DNA of 64,000 bases from Sphaerochaeta sp. (GCA_034007055.1 JAVERP010000019.1:398-64397), one strand, 5' to 3'. Counted from the stretch's first letter, positions 8,334 to 18,279 are shown. The notes: generated by a model not told the origin, from the sequence alone. A program made the numbers and translations.

Positions 8334-8846
8334 ATGGCTAAAAATATTGAAGGTCTGAACAAGAAGCTGCTTGCCGCCGCCATTTCTGCCACCAAAGTCA
8401 AGGACATAAAGTCACTTCTAGCAGAGGGAGCCGACATCCACGCACAGAATGAGTGGGGCCTCACCCCCATCATGCTTGCCGCACAATACAACTCTTCGGT
8501 GAATGTCCTCAAGGCGTTGCTTGAAGCCGGGGCTGACATCCAGGAAGCTGAGCCAAAGTACCGCTCCAATGCCCTGCACCTTGCCGCCAACAAGAGCAAG
8601 AGCCCGAAGGTTATAGCAACGCTTCTGGAAGCAGGGGCCGACCTCAATGCAAGGAACTATCTTGGTGAGACCGCCCTCATCCTTGCAATAAACACCAATG
8701 AAGAGACGCGCGTGGTTTCAGAGCTGCTGAAGGCAGGAGCCGACATCAATGCACGCGACTACCAAGGCCACTCGGTGATCGAGTATGCAAAAGCCTCCAA
8801 ACGCTCCTACATCATCACCCAACTGAAGAAGATGGGTGCACACTGA
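8334..8846 (+). CDS. Ankyrin-repeat protein
   Basis: 170 aa with four to five ~33-aa repeats containing the (G)xTPLxxAA...LLxAGADxNA pattern (for example GLTPIMLAAQYN...LLEAGADI). Confidence 0.8.
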   Translation: MAKNIEGLNKKLLAAAISATKVKDIKSLLAEGADIHAQNEWGLTPIMLAAQYNSSVNVLKALLEAGADIQEAEPKYRSNALHLAANKSKSPKVIATLLEAGADLNARNYLGETALILAINTNEETRVVSELLKAGADINARDYQGHSVIEYAKASKRSYIITQLKKMGAH

Positions 8847-8939
8847 TAGGGTATACCAAGCAAGAAGAAATCCAAAGAAGGCATGATGCCTGAGAAAGCA
8901 TGAAGGTATAGAAACTTTGGATGAGAGAAGGCATAAGGA

Positions 8940-8961
8940 AGGGGATTCAATCGAATCCCCT
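8940..8961. terminator. Stem-loop between the convergent ankyrin and proS genes
   Basis: 9-bp stem AGGGGATTC / GAATCCCCT with a 4-nt loop. No clean T tract on either side. Confidence 0.3.
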
Positions 8962-9023
8962 CTACCTATTTAGTCTTGTATTCTCGTTTTTTAGTCCTCG
9001 ACAAGCCCAAAGATTCTTTCTTT

Positions 9024-10793
9024 CTACGCCTCTTTATCCCACTGTGGTTCCACAATCTTCTCGTTGATCGCATCGGTGAGGCTCTTGATCAGGGTCTGCA
9101 TCTCGATGGCAATACCCTTCAGGTCAAAGGAGAGGGTCTCGTCGAGATTGCTTCTCAGCTTCACCTCGACCTTACCCTCCTTCAGGGATCGGTTGCCTAC
9201 GGTGATGCGGATGGGCAGCCCGATGAGGTCCGCATCAGCAAACTTGACCCCGGCAGACTCCTTGCGGTCGTCATAGAGCACCTCGATGCCGCTTGCCACC
9301 AGATCCTTGTAGATCCCTTCGACAACCTCGGTATCCTTGACCAGGCTCACCAGATGGATCTGGTAGGGGGCTACGGTTATGGGAAGGGCAAGGCCGCTCT
9401 CATCGGAATATTCCTCGGCAAGGCAGGCAAGTAATCTTCCCACACCAATGCCATAGGAGCCCATGATGACAGGCTTCCTGACTCCACCCTCATCCTGGTA
9501 ATAGCAGTTCATCGCTTCGCTGTAGCGCGTGCCCAGCTGGAAAATGTTGCCGATCTCCACACCCTTGGAAGAGGTGAGGGGTGTTGAGCAGTGTGGGCAT
9601 GGTAATCCTGCTGTGGCGGTGGCGAGATCAGCGACAAGGCCGGTGTAGTCACGCCCGAAGTTGGTGTTCAGGAGGTGATGGCCCTCTTCGTTTGCCCCGG
9701 CAACAAGGTTGTTGCTCTTCGCAACCGAATCATCAACGATGACCACGACATCACTGGATGCTCCAATGGGCGATCCATAGCCGGGGACCATCTTCTTTGC
9801 CATGATCTCCTCCGGATGGGCCGGGCGCAGACCATTGGCCTTTGCTGCGTTCTGCAGCTTGTTCTCCTCAACGTCCATATCCCCACGAATGACACCGACG
9901 ATGAGCTTCTCCTCCTCATCCCCGTTTTCATCATTGATGAACGTGCCTATCATGAAGACAGCCTTTGCCGTCTGGCTCTTCTCTATCTTGAGGAACAGGG
10001 CCAGATCTTCGATGGTCTTGCAGTCGGGGGTAAGCACCTTCTCCAGGGGCTTTGCCTCCTCGCTGTGGTAGGTCTTCTTGAAGGTCGCTATCTGGCGGTT
10101 GGCGGTGTAGCCGCATCCGCTGCAGGTGATGATGGTATCCTCACCGATGGTGGAGAGGTACATGTACTCATGGCTGACCTTGCCCCCCATCATGCCGCTG
10201 TCGGCGCTTACTACGATGGCAGGCAGGGCGCAGCGACTGAAGATTCTGAAATAGGATGTGTAGTGCTTGGCATACTGGAGATCAAGGCCCGCCTGGTCGC
10301 GGTCAAAGGAGTAGCTGTCCTTCATGGTGAATTCACGTACCCTGATCAGACCGGCACGGGGACGGGGGTCGTCGCGCCATTTGGTCTGGATCTGATAGAC
10401 CAGCTGGGGCAGGCGCTTGTAGCTGTCGATCTCGCCTCTGGCGATATCGGTCACCGCTTCCTCATGGGTCATGGCAAGGACCATGTCACGCCCTCCGCGG
10501 TCGATGAATCGGCTCATCTCCTTGTCGATGCTGTAGAAACGGCCGGTCTCCTTCCAGATGTCTGCGGTGTTGACCAGGGGCATGAGTATTTCCTGGGCCC
10601 CGATGGCATCCATCTCTTCGCGGATGATCTGGCTGATCTTCCTAGTCGCATTGAACCCGAAAGGTAGCAACGAGAAGACCCCGGCACCCATCTGTCGAAT
10701 AAAACCTGCACGAAGCAGATATTCATATCCCTTGCTGTCTGCACTGTTTGGTGCCTCACGAAGGGTTTTGGAAAATTGATTGGACATGCGCAT
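9024..10793 (-). CDS. proS: Proline--tRNA ligase (bacterial type with insertion/editing domain)
   Basis: 589 aa. N-terminus SNQFSKTLREAP...GYEYLLRAGFIRQ and the length fit bacterial ProRS. SD GAGGAG lies 10 nt upstream of ATG 10793. Confidence 0.95.
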   Translation of the reverse strand: MRMSNQFSKTLREAPNSADSKGYEYLLRAGFIRQMGAGVFSLLPFGFNATRKISQIIREEMDAIGAQEILMPLVNTADIWKETGRFYSIDKEMSRFIDRGGRDMVLAMTHEEAVTDIARGEIDSYKRLPQLVYQIQTKWRDDPRPRAGLIRVREFTMKDSYSFDRDQAGLDLQYAKHYTSYFRIFSRCALPAIVVSADSGMMGGKVSHEYMYLSTIGEDTIITCSGCGYTANRQIATFKKTYHSEEAKPLEKVLTPDCKTIEDLALFLKIEKSQTAKAVFMIGTFINDENGDEEEKLIVGVIRGDMDVEENKLQNAAKANGLRPAHPEEIMAKKMVPGYGSPIGASSDVVVIVDDSVAKSNNLVAGANEEGHHLLNTNFGRDYTGLVADLATATAGLPCPHCSTPLTSSKGVEIGNIFQLGTRYSEAMNCYYQDEGGVRKPVIMGSYGIGVGRLLACLAEEYSDESGLALPITVAPYQIHLVSLVKDTEVVEGIYKDLVASGIEVLYDDRKESAGVKFADADLIGLPIRITVGNRSLKEGKVEVKLRSNLDETLSFDLKGIAIEMQTLIKSLTDAINEKIVEPQWDKEA

Positions 10794-10912
10794 GCTGTTG
10801 TGTCTCCTCTTTAGCTAGAACAGGGGCCATTGTAGCAAAACAGCCCTCTCTTCTCAAGGTATATGGCAAAGGAAGCTTTAACTCTTCATCTGATGCATGC
10901 TATACTCGCCCC

Positions 10913-11581
10913 ATGAATATCAGCAAATATGAGAAGGAACGCACCCAGGTTGCAGCGTTCATGACCCGTCTGTATGATCGTCAGCTCACCACTGCCAGCG
11001 GTGGAAACATCAGTTTGCGCATAAGTGATGAACTGTTCTGCATAACCCCCTCCGCCTTGGACAAGGGGTTGCTTACCTTTGAAGAGATAGCGGTGGTGAC
11101 CATGGAGGGCAAGAACCTTACCCCACACCTCCCCTTAAGCATCGAAACTGAGATGCACCGTCTCACCCTCATTGCCCGAGCTGACTGCCGTGCCATCGTT
11201 CATGCCCATCCCACCTACACCTCAGCCTTCACCGCCATCACCAAGGATGGCAAGTGCGCCATCGACACCACCATGATAGCCGAATCCTTCTATATCCTCG
11301 AAACACCGGTGATGGTGCCCTACCGCCTGATGGGCACAGTAAATCTTGCCGAGCAGGTCGCCATACAGGCATTTGACCACTCGGTCCTCCTGTTGGAGAA
11401 TCATGGGGCTGTCGCCCTGGGAAAATCCCTGCTTGAAGCCTTTGATAAGATGGAGCTGCTTGAGCGTGCGGCCCAGATGACCACCATCGCCATACAGATG
11501 GCGAGGGCGGGCTATGATGTATCTACGTTGGATGATGCGCGATGTGCCCAGCTGATGCGTATGAAATATAAGAACAAATAA
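10913..11581 (+). CDS. Class II aldolase/adducin-domain protein
   Basis: 222 aa from ATG 10913 (MNISKYEKER...). Motifs SGGNISLR, VHAHPTYTSA and LLENHGAVALG are typical of the fuculose-phosphate-aldolase fold. The track ORF starts earlier at 10748 and would overlap proS. Confidence 0.85.
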   Translation: MNISKYEKERTQVAAFMTRLYDRQLTTASGGNISLRISDELFCITPSALDKGLLTFEEIAVVTMEGKNLTPHLPLSIETEMHRLTLIARADCRAIVHAHPTYTSAFTAITKDGKCAIDTTMIAESFYILETPVMVPYRLMGTVNLAEQVAIQAFDHSVLLLENHGAVALGKSLLEAFDKMELLERAAQMTTIAIQMARAGYDVSTLDDARCAQLMRMKYKNK

Positions 11582-11593
11582 AAGGAGAAAGCA

Positions 11594-12427
11594 ATGCTGG
11601 ATGTAAAGAAACTGAAGCAGTTGGCTTTGGAGATTCGAAAACTCACCATTGAAGAGATTGGAAACTTCGGATCAGGACATATTGGGGGAAGCATGTCCAT
11701 TGTTGAAATGCTTACCTACCTCTATTACCATGAGATGAGGGTTGACCCCTCCGATCCCAAGAAAGAAGATCGTGACCGGTTTGTCTGTTCGAAAGGCCAC
11801 GCCGGACCTGCAGTGTATGCAACCCTTGCAAGCAAAGGCTACTTCCCCCTTGAAGAGCTGAAGACGCTCAACCAAGGTGGTACCAACCTTCCAAGCCACT
11901 GTGACATGAACAAGACCAAGGGTGTCGATTTCACCGGCGGTTCCTTGGGCCAGGGCTTCAGCGCCGCTATCGGCATAGCCTTGGGACAGAAGATCCGCAA
12001 GATCGAGGCGAACACCTTTGTCGTCATCGGCGATGGTGAGAGCCAGGAAGGCCAGATCTGGGAAGGGGCTGCAACAGCCGCACAGTGGAAGCTCGGCAAC
12101 CTGATAGCCTTCACCGACTTCAACCGCCTCCAGCTTGACGGCTATACATCAGATATCATCAGCATGGAGAACCTTGATACCCGTTGGCTCGGGTTCAACT
12201 GGCATGTACAGCGCATCAACGGACATGACTTTGCCCAGATTGACCGCGCCGTCCAGATGGCCAAGAGTGTCCAGGACCGCCCCAGCATGATCATCATGGA
12301 TACGGTAAAGTCCTACGGTTTTGCACCTGGTGAAGCTACCACTGCCAACCATAGCATGGCATTCGACTCGAAGGCTGCCACCAAGGCTGTAGAAGCCCTC
12401 TATGCCCGTGAAGGAGGAAAGATATGA
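11594..12427 (+). CDS. Transketolase, N-terminal (TPP-binding) subunit
   Basis: 277 aa. SGHIGGSMS and GDGESQEG motifs. Overlaps the next gene by 4 nt (ATGA), as in split transketolases. Confidence 0.9.
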   Translation: MLDVKKLKQLALEIRKLTIEEIGNFGSGHIGGSMSIVEMLTYLYYHEMRVDPSDPKKEDRDRFVCSKGHAGPAVYATLASKGYFPLEELKTLNQGGTNLPSHCDMNKTKGVDFTGGSLGQGFSAAIGIALGQKIRKIEANTFVVIGDGESQEGQIWEGAATAAQWKLGNLIAFTDFNRLQLDGYTSDIISMENLDTRWLGFNWHVQRINGHDFAQIDRAVQMAKSVQDRPSMIIMDTVKSYGFAPGEATTANHSMAFDSKAATKAVEALYAREGGKI

Positions 12428-13371
12428 GAGATACCAGCACTATTGCACATATGAGAGATGCCGTCATGGCAGCTGTCAACGACCTCGCAAGTGAGCACCC
12501 CGAGGTGGTCATGCTTGATGCAGACCTCGCCAGTTGCATCGGTTCAGATTCGTTTTGTAGCGTATACCCCGACCGTTTCTACAACTGTGGAATTGCTGAG
12601 GCTAATATGATAGGAGTGGCTGCAGGGCTCGCTTCCATGGGCCTTGTCCCCTATGCCCACACCTTCGGCTGCTTTGCTTCCAGAAGGGCCTATGACCAGT
12701 TCTTCCTCTCTGTAGGGTATACCGGTCAGGTTGTCCATGTAATTGGTAGCGACCCCGGCATTACCGCCCAGTACAATGGCGGAACCCATATGCCCTTTGA
12801 GGACATCGCCCTCATCAGGCAGATCCCTGGTGTCACCATCATCGACCCTAGTGACGCGCAGAGCTGCTATGAGCTGATGAGGCAGGCCTTTGACCTGAAC
12901 AAGAGCTCCTACGTCCGTGTTGCCAGAAAGGGTGCGAGCCATCGCTATCCTGTGGGAACCAAGATTGAACTGGGCAAGGGCATCGAACTCGCCAAGGGCG
13001 AGGATGTGGCCATCATTGCAACAGGAGAGGTTATGGTCAATGCAGCTGTGAAGGCTGTCGCCTCTCTTGCAAAGAAGGGCATCAAGGCGACTCTGGTCGA
13101 CCTGCATACCATCAGGCCCTTGGACTACGACCTTATCACGGCAGTTGCCAAACGCTGTAAGCGCGTGCTTGTGTGCGAGAACGGCCGCTATGCAGGTGGA
13201 GTGGGCGAGGCTATCGCAGGCTATCTGGTGAAGACCGATCCCGTACCCATGGACTTCGTCTCCGTAGGAGAGCAGTTCGGTGAGGTAGGAAACCTTGCTT
13301 ACCTGGCCAAGGTGTTTGGCTTCACTGCAGAGAATATCGAAGAGAAGGCTGAGGCTCTCCTCAAGCGCTAG
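12424..13371 (+). CDS. Transketolase, C-terminal (pyrimidine-binding) subunit
   Basis: 315 aa. FYNCGIAEANMIGVAAGLA block is typical of the transketolase Pyr domain. Confidence 0.9.
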   Translation: MRDTSTIAHMRDAVMAAVNDLASEHPEVVMLDADLASCIGSDSFCSVYPDRFYNCGIAEANMIGVAAGLASMGLVPYAHTFGCFASRRAYDQFFLSVGYTGQVVHVIGSDPGITAQYNGGTHMPFEDIALIRQIPGVTIIDPSDAQSCYELMRQAFDLNKSSYVRVARKGASHRYPVGTKIELGKGIELAKGEDVAIIATGEVMVNAAVKAVASLAKKGIKATLVDLHTIRPLDYDLITAVAKRCKRVLVCENGRYAGGVGEAIAGYLVKTDPVPMDFVSVGEQFGEVGNLAYLAKVFGFTAENIEEKAEALLKR

Positions 13372-13406
13372 ATCTGTAGAGAAAAGAGACGAGAAGAGTA
13401 TATTCA

Positions 13407-13447
13407 CCAGGCCAGAGGATCATACAGGTCCCTCTGGCCTGGTTTTT
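13407..13447 (+). terminator. Rho-independent terminator after the transketolase genes
   Basis: Perfect 12-bp stem CCAGGCCAGAGG / CCTCTGGCCTGG followed by TTTTT. Confidence 0.8.
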
Positions 13448-13648
13448 CATGGCGGGTAGCAAGCCTTCCTCCCCCCTAAGGCATCCCCATTGAATCCTTA
13501 TGTACATCATCTTTGTCCTATCGGTTTCTCTGTTCCGTCTTTATTTTGTTCCCTCACTATTTTTTCTTGACTTGTGAGTCCAACCCCTTCACCATGTAAT
13601 GGATAGGATATCCACATTCGATCCGGCGTTCCTTATTCCCTTGGTGGA

Positions 13649-14644
13649 ATGAATGTACGCTCTGCCTGGAAGGAGAAACTTGTGAAAACACTCAAAATCA
13701 TCGTTCTGACCCTGCTCACAATTGTATTCATCGTATATGGAATGGGATTCATGATGTACAGCGGCCTCAACAAGACATTGTTGGACCAACAGTACTACCG
13801 CACAGTGGTTGGTGATTATAAAATATCTGCCATGGTTCATGAACAACTTGGCGATATGATTCCTCCCATCGTGCGTGATGGTCTGACCGGGGGCTCTGCT
13901 GTGACCGACGAAATGCAGAAGGCCGCGGTGGAAAAGCAGGTGGCACTGATCTCCACTGCAATAACCGATGCTTTGGATGAATCTTGGATCGAAAAGCAGG
14001 CTGTGATGGTCACCGATGATGTGGTGGACCTGCTCAATGGGGAGAAGGGTTCCCTCAGCGCTGTGATAGAGCTCAAGGGAAAACTCTCTGAGATAGAAAT
14101 AAACATAGCCAAGGGCTTGGAGAAGCTCTCTGATGCCGAGTTGATTGGCATGTTCGGTGCTCCTCGTGCCTATATCCCGATGGTAGCCGAACAGATCGTA
14201 AGCAAATTGGGCTTGCCCGAATCATTGGTCATCGCCGACTTGGTGGATGAGATGGTCCCTGGAACCCTAAAGATGGTCACAGGCTATCTTGAGATTATGA
14301 ATTCTGTGTTTGGGATCGTTGCCTGGATCGTCATTATAGTGTTCTTCCTCCTTTGCCTGCTCTTCTGGAAAGTTGGGAAAGGCTTGCTATGGTTTGGCCT
14401 GAGCAGTGTTCTGACCGGAGGGCTTTTCCTTGGCCTGATCAGCTATGTATCCAATTTCAGCACCATCGAGAGGCTGACAGGAGCCGACCTTGGCTCGCTG
14501 CCGCTGGACTCTTCAACGGTGCAGGGCATCATTGCCTTCACGTTCTCTGAAATGAAGCTGATGCCAATCCTCTTTCTTGTAGGAGGTTTTGTACTTTTCC
14601 TCCTTGGTTTGGTGGTGAACAAGGCGTTTCATAAGGCTGCTTGA
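13649..14644 (+). CDS. Hypothetical membrane protein
   Basis: 331 aa. N-terminal TM helix, a long soluble middle and 3-4 C-terminal TM helices. No family recognised. Confidence 0.6.
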   Translation: MNVRSAWKEKLVKTLKIIVLTLLTIVFIVYGMGFMMYSGLNKTLLDQQYYRTVVGDYKISAMVHEQLGDMIPPIVRDGLTGGSAVTDEMQKAAVEKQVALISTAITDALDESWIEKQAVMVTDDVVDLLNGEKGSLSAVIELKGKLSEIEINIAKGLEKLSDAELIGMFGAPRAYIPMVAEQIVSKLGLPESLVIADLVDEMVPGTLKMVTGYLEIMNSVFGIVAWIVIIVFFLLCLLFWKVGKGLLWFGLSSVLTGGLFLGLISYVSNFSTIERLTGADLGSLPLDSSTVQGIIAFTFSEMKLMPILFLVGGFVLFLLGLVVNKAFHKAA

Positions 14645-14787
14645 TAGGGCTCAATTCCATAGCAGTATGATTTCACTGCAAGAGCCTTTCACTAGATGAA
14701 GGGCTTTTGTGTTTCTGCTGTGAGGATGTTTTCTCCGTATGGAGAAAAGTGATAGGGCGTGCTGTGAGAACACAAATAAGGGAAGTG

Positions 14788-15216
14788 ATGACAACTGCGG
14801 AGTTACTCTTACAGGTAAAAAAAGTGTTGGAAGCCAGGATTTCTGATTTGTCAGAGATGCTGGGAGTCTCATGTTCTACAGCATATTTCTATCTTTCGGG
14901 TGATGAACCTCCTGAAAGTTCTGCTTTGTTGATGAAACGTGTATTCCTCCTGCAAAGAACCATTGAGACAATAGGCAAGCTTGGCTTGCCTGTCCCCTGT
15001 TCCACTATTCTCAAACGTAGCGATGGTAGCGGCAAGACTTTCAAGGAATTGCTGGCACATGATGAACTCAATGATGAAAGGATCCAAACCTTTTGCCAAG
15101 GCGAATTGCAACAACGAGAACTGACCAAACAACGGCTTTCAGCCATTCCCGCTTCTTCCAGTCACCGAAAGAGCTTCAACCATGAAGCCTTTAGTGTCCC
15201 TGCACATCTGATATAG
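14788..15216 (+). CDS. Hypothetical protein with putative N-terminal HTH
   Basis: ATG 14788 preceded by AAGGGAAG. ISDLSEMLGVSCSTAYFYLSG looks like an HTH. The C-terminal part loosely resembles Xre/DUF2384-type antitoxin tails (weak). The track ORF starts at 14707. Confidence 0.5.
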   Translation: MTTAELLLQVKKVLEARISDLSEMLGVSCSTAYFYLSGDEPPESSALLMKRVFLLQRTIETIGKLGLPVPCSTILKRSDGSGKTFKELLAHDELNDERIQTFCQGELQQRELTKQRLSAIPASSSHRKSFNHEAFSVPAHLI

Positions 15217-15408
15217 AAGAGGGGTGTCTGGATAGGACAAAGAGAGTGCAGGATGCTCATCCAGTTCCCTATGCTGATCTTCTATAGCCCCCATATCTTC
15301 AGCAACAGTGCAATCCTATAATCGTATTCATGCCATCCTATGGTTTGTTGTTATTGGTTGTCTTGAGACTTGCTTTACCTGGCATTGCTTACTCAGTTCA
15401 GTTCTCTG

Positions 15409-15436
15409 TTGCCATGCACCCTATCCGTGGTACAAT
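15409..15436 (+). promoter_or_regulatory. Putative sigma-70 promoter with extended -10 (TTGCCA-16-TGgTACAAT)
   Basis: TTGCCA at 15409..15414 and TG-G-TACAAT at 15428..15436. Only 7 nt separate the -10 from ATG 15444, and no SD is present. Confidence 0.4.
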
Positions 15437-15443
15437 CAGCCAT

Positions 15444-16175
15444 ATGAAAATTCAATTGGAAACCATCCCTGTCTGGGACGGAATAAAAAGCAACAGTGAA
15501 TGCTATATCTGTGACCTGATGGCTCATGCGCAGCATGATGCAATCTCGTTCTACCTGGGAAGCTCAGTCATGAACCCTGAGACTAGGGTTCGGGTCAATG
15601 AACATGGCTTTTGCTATAAGCACTCGCAGATGTTGGTTGCAGCCAACAAGAGTCAGGGTGTCGCCCTGATGACAGATACCTATCTGGCGATGACCCGAAA
15701 GAAGTTTGAAGGCTCTTTCAATGAACTGTTGGGCTCCAAGAGTGCGCGACAGGCAAAGAAGGCCATCGATCATTTCAGCTCTGACTTGGAAAAGCGTGAA
15801 GCGGGGTGTCTTGTATGCACCTCGATGCAGGACCGCCTCTTGCGCTACTGCTATACAACCGCGTATCTCTGGGGTGAAGACCAGGAGTTCAGGGTGGCCC
15901 TCTCAGAGAGCAAGGGCTTCTGCCTCCATCATTTCCAAGGGTTGCTGCAACAGTCCAAAGAGGCCCTGTCTCCTTCAGTACAACCAGACTTTGTCCGTGC
16001 CCTTACCCAGGTGGAACTGACCAACCTGGACCGCATAGCCAAGGATGTCTACTGGATGACCCAGAAGTACAAGTCGGAGAACATGGATAAGCCTTGGAAC
16101 GGGTGTGAGGATGCCCACAAGCGTGGCATGAACAAGATGACCGGCAGAAGCCGCGTCATTGATCCTCTGAAGTAG
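15444..16175 (+). CDS. DUF6062-like cysteine-rich protein
   Basis: 243 aa from MKIQLETIPVWDGIKSNSECYICDL... Paired CxxC/H motifs (CYIC, GFCYKH, CLVC, GFCLHH) match my recollection of DUF6062. The track ORF starts at 15330. Confidence 0.55.
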   Translation: MKIQLETIPVWDGIKSNSECYICDLMAHAQHDAISFYLGSSVMNPETRVRVNEHGFCYKHSQMLVAANKSQGVALMTDTYLAMTRKKFEGSFNELLGSKSARQAKKAIDHFSSDLEKREAGCLVCTSMQDRLLRYCYTTAYLWGEDQEFRVALSESKGFCLHHFQGLLQQSKEALSPSVQPDFVRALTQVELTNLDRIAKDVYWMTQKYKSENMDKPWNGCEDAHKRGMNKMTGRSRVIDPLK

Positions 16176-16230
16176 GAGCAGGGGGGAGCTTGCTCTTGCG
16201 TTTCTTCTTGTTCTGGATGTTCAGTGATAG

Positions 16231-16758
16231 CTACAAAGGGCTCTCTTCTCGTGCAAGCTCGCGTTGCTTGAGAAGGGACGAGGTATGCCCGCTTCTGCTG
16301 AAGTGGTAGTAGTCGAGTCTTTCAGCATTGGCGTGATAGATGAGGATGTAGTCCTTCTGGCTCAGGAAGGCTACTCCGAGCACAAGAGAGCAGCCCTCCT
16401 TCTCCAGTTTGTGCAGAGTCTCTATCTGTTGTTTGCTCAGATAGTCCTGGTTGAACAGGATGGCCAGGGGCCGGCTTTGCTCCCTATCATGCAACAGGAT
16501 GTCGGCTTTGCTCTCCTTAGCCAGGGCAAACAGGTCCACCTTCATCTTCTGAGGAAGGCAGAGGTAGCTCTTGCTGCTTGTGTCCAAGGAGAGGCCGAGC
16601 ACCCTGCACAGGGTCCTGTGCAGGTGTGTGGCGAAGGTGTGGGCAATACTCACCTTGGCCTTGGGCCAGGTGAAGAGCTGGGCATCATCCTCGATGAGGT
16701 GTTTCAGAGCTTCTTCAAACGCTTCAAACAGCTGGATGTTTGTGTATTGCCTACTCAT
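16231..16758 (-). CDS. Hypothetical protein
   Basis: 175 aa ORF directly downstream of the OsmC-like gene on the same strand. No family recognised. Confidence 0.5.
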   Translation of the reverse strand: MSRQYTNIQLFEAFEEALKHLIEDDAQLFTWPKAKVSIAHTFATHLHRTLCRVLGLSLDTSSKSYLCLPQKMKVDLFALAKESKADILLHDREQSRPLAILFNQDYLSKQQIETLHKLEKEGCSLVLGVAFLSQKDYILIYHANAERLDYYHFSRSGHTSSLLKQRELAREESPL

Positions 16759-16766
16759 TGCCTCTC

Positions 16767-17147
16767 CTACTTGAAGTCCACTGCCCAGTGCATCTCACTT
16801 ACCTTGGAGATGGTCTGGTAGATGGAACAGTACCTGGTGGCAGTTTCAAATGCCTTGAGGAACTTCTTCTCGCTGTCGGTCCCTGTTGCAGTGGCCACGA
16901 CGGAGCAGTACTCCAAGGTGGTGGGGCTATCCTCACGCTTGGTACCATCGACCTCAAGCGATACATGCTCCCAGGATACCTTCATCTTGGCCGCAAGATC
17001 GACAAAGGTGGCAAAAAGACACCCTGCAAGGGCACCTAGGAGGTAGTCATAGGGCGCGGTCTCCCCCAATTCATAGGTTGCTCCCTTATCGGTGGTAAAC
17101 TGATAATGGCCCGGTACGAAATCGGCACGTATATGTTTTTTGCTCAT
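16767..17147 (-). CDS. OsmC/Ohr-family protein
   Basis: 126 aa from ATG 17147 (SD AAAGGAG). LLGALAGCLFATF and RYCSIYQTI cysteine-containing blocks are typical of the OsmC fold. Confidence 0.75.
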   Translation of the reverse strand: MSKKHIRADFVPGHYQFTTDKGATYELGETAPYDYLLGALAGCLFATFVDLAAKMKVSWEHVSLEVDGTKREDSPTTLEYCSVVATATGTDSEKKFLKAFETATRYCSIYQTISKVSEMHWAVDFK

Positions 17148-17185
17148 GATACACTCCTTTATACCCACTATTATAGTAATATATG

Positions 17186-18088
17186 CTATTTTTTTCCAGT
17201 GGAGTCCACTTTGCCCGGGTTCACATGGACCATACAGTGCTTTACCTGGGGGAAGCTTACCTCGATGGCATGGTGCACCCTCTCTGCTATGGCATGGGCC
17301 TGGATGAGGCTTTGACTTCCCTCAGCTGAGATCTCGACATCTACATAGGCCCTGGAGCCAAACATGCGGGTATGCAGGACATCGACGCTCAATACCCCTG
17401 TCTGCTCTTCTGCGACCTTGCGGATTTTCTTGACCACATCGTCGGGGCAGGCGTGGTCGACCATCTTGTACACGCCGTCCTTGAAGATATCAAGGCCGAC
17501 CTTGAAAATGAACATGGCGATGACAATGGCTGCGATGGAGTCGGCTACAGGCAAACCCATGCGCGATCCCACTATGCCGATAAGGCCTCCTGTGGTTGCC
17601 AGGACATCGCTTTGCGAATCCCAGGCGGAGGCCATCAGGGCCGAGGAGCCTGTCTTCTTGGCAGCCCTCCTCGTATAGAGGAACATGATCTCCTTGATGA
17701 TGATGGAGGTTATGGCAGCGATCACTGCGATCATGCCGGGCACTGGGAGGTTCTTATAGGAGCCTCTGAATATCTTTCCGAGCCCATCGACAAACAGCCC
17801 GACACCAAGGGCCATGACGATGCCGGAGACCAGGATTGATGCGACACATTCAAGCCTTTCATGGCCATACTGGTGGTGCTTGTCCGAATCCTTCGCAGCC
17901 GCTGAGACTCCTACGATGACAATGACAGAGCCTATCACATCACTGGCGTTGTTGATGCCGTCGTTTATCATGGCATGGGAGTGTGCAAAAAACCCTACGG
18001 CAAGTTTTGAGAGGGAGAGGAAGGCATTCATGAAGATGTTTGCCCTGGAGGTGTGCATTGCTAGCTTGTGATTCTTTTCCTGATCCAC
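17186..18088 (-). CDS. Cation diffusion facilitator (CDF) family transporter
   Basis: 300 aa. Six predicted TM helices with HAMINDGINNASD and HHQYGHERLE motifs, plus a cytoplasmic C-terminal domain. Confidence 0.85.
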   Translation of the reverse strand: MDQEKNHKLAMHTSRANIFMNAFLSLSKLAVGFFAHSHAMINDGINNASDVIGSVIVIVGVSAAAKDSDKHHQYGHERLECVASILVSGIVMALGVGLFVDGLGKIFRGSYKNLPVPGMIAVIAAITSIIIKEIMFLYTRRAAKKTGSSALMASAWDSQSDVLATTGGLIGIVGSRMGLPVADSIAAIVIAMFIFKVGLDIFKDGVYKMVDHACPDDVVKKIRKVAEEQTGVLSVDVLHTRMFGSRAYVDVEISAEGSQSLIQAHAIAERVHHAIEVSFPQVKHCMVHVNPGKVDSTGKK

Positions 18089-18244
18089 GTGTTCCCTTCT
18101 TTAGGTAGTTGAGCTTTGGCTCAGAGTAGATTTACCGTACCTGCTGGGCATTGCTTTGTCAAGCAAAGGCCGAGTCTGCAAAGAGCTGTCACCGATGTAT
18201 TTCTCCTTGTGTTCTGGGAGGAGCGTGCTATAGTAAGAGAAGTG

Positions 18245-18258
18245 AGTGAGTACTCACT
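18245..18258. promoter_or_regulatory. Perfect 14-bp palindrome, probable TetR operator
   Basis: AGTGAGTACTCACT, 22 nt upstream of the TetR start, in the divergent CDF/TetR intergenic region. Confidence 0.5.
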
Positions 18259-18279
18259 TGCTTGTTGTCAGGAGGGTTT

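Noticed and set aside
8940-8961. TCGAATCCCC string suggesting a tRNA T-arm.
   Set aside because: The sequence forms a simple 9-bp/4-nt hairpin. No acceptor, D or anticodon arms can be built around it.
9675-10667. 330-aa plus-strand ORF inside proS.
   Set aside because: It is an antisense shadow ORF of a highly recognisable gene. The composition is low-complexity and Gly/Leu/Asp-rich, and there is no RBS. The same reasoning applies to 4046..4720, 7334..7981, 12544..13407, 16264..16821, 19628..20197, 29683..30492, 40103..40756, 40760..41311, 51598..52575, 58672..59262 and 62666..63418.
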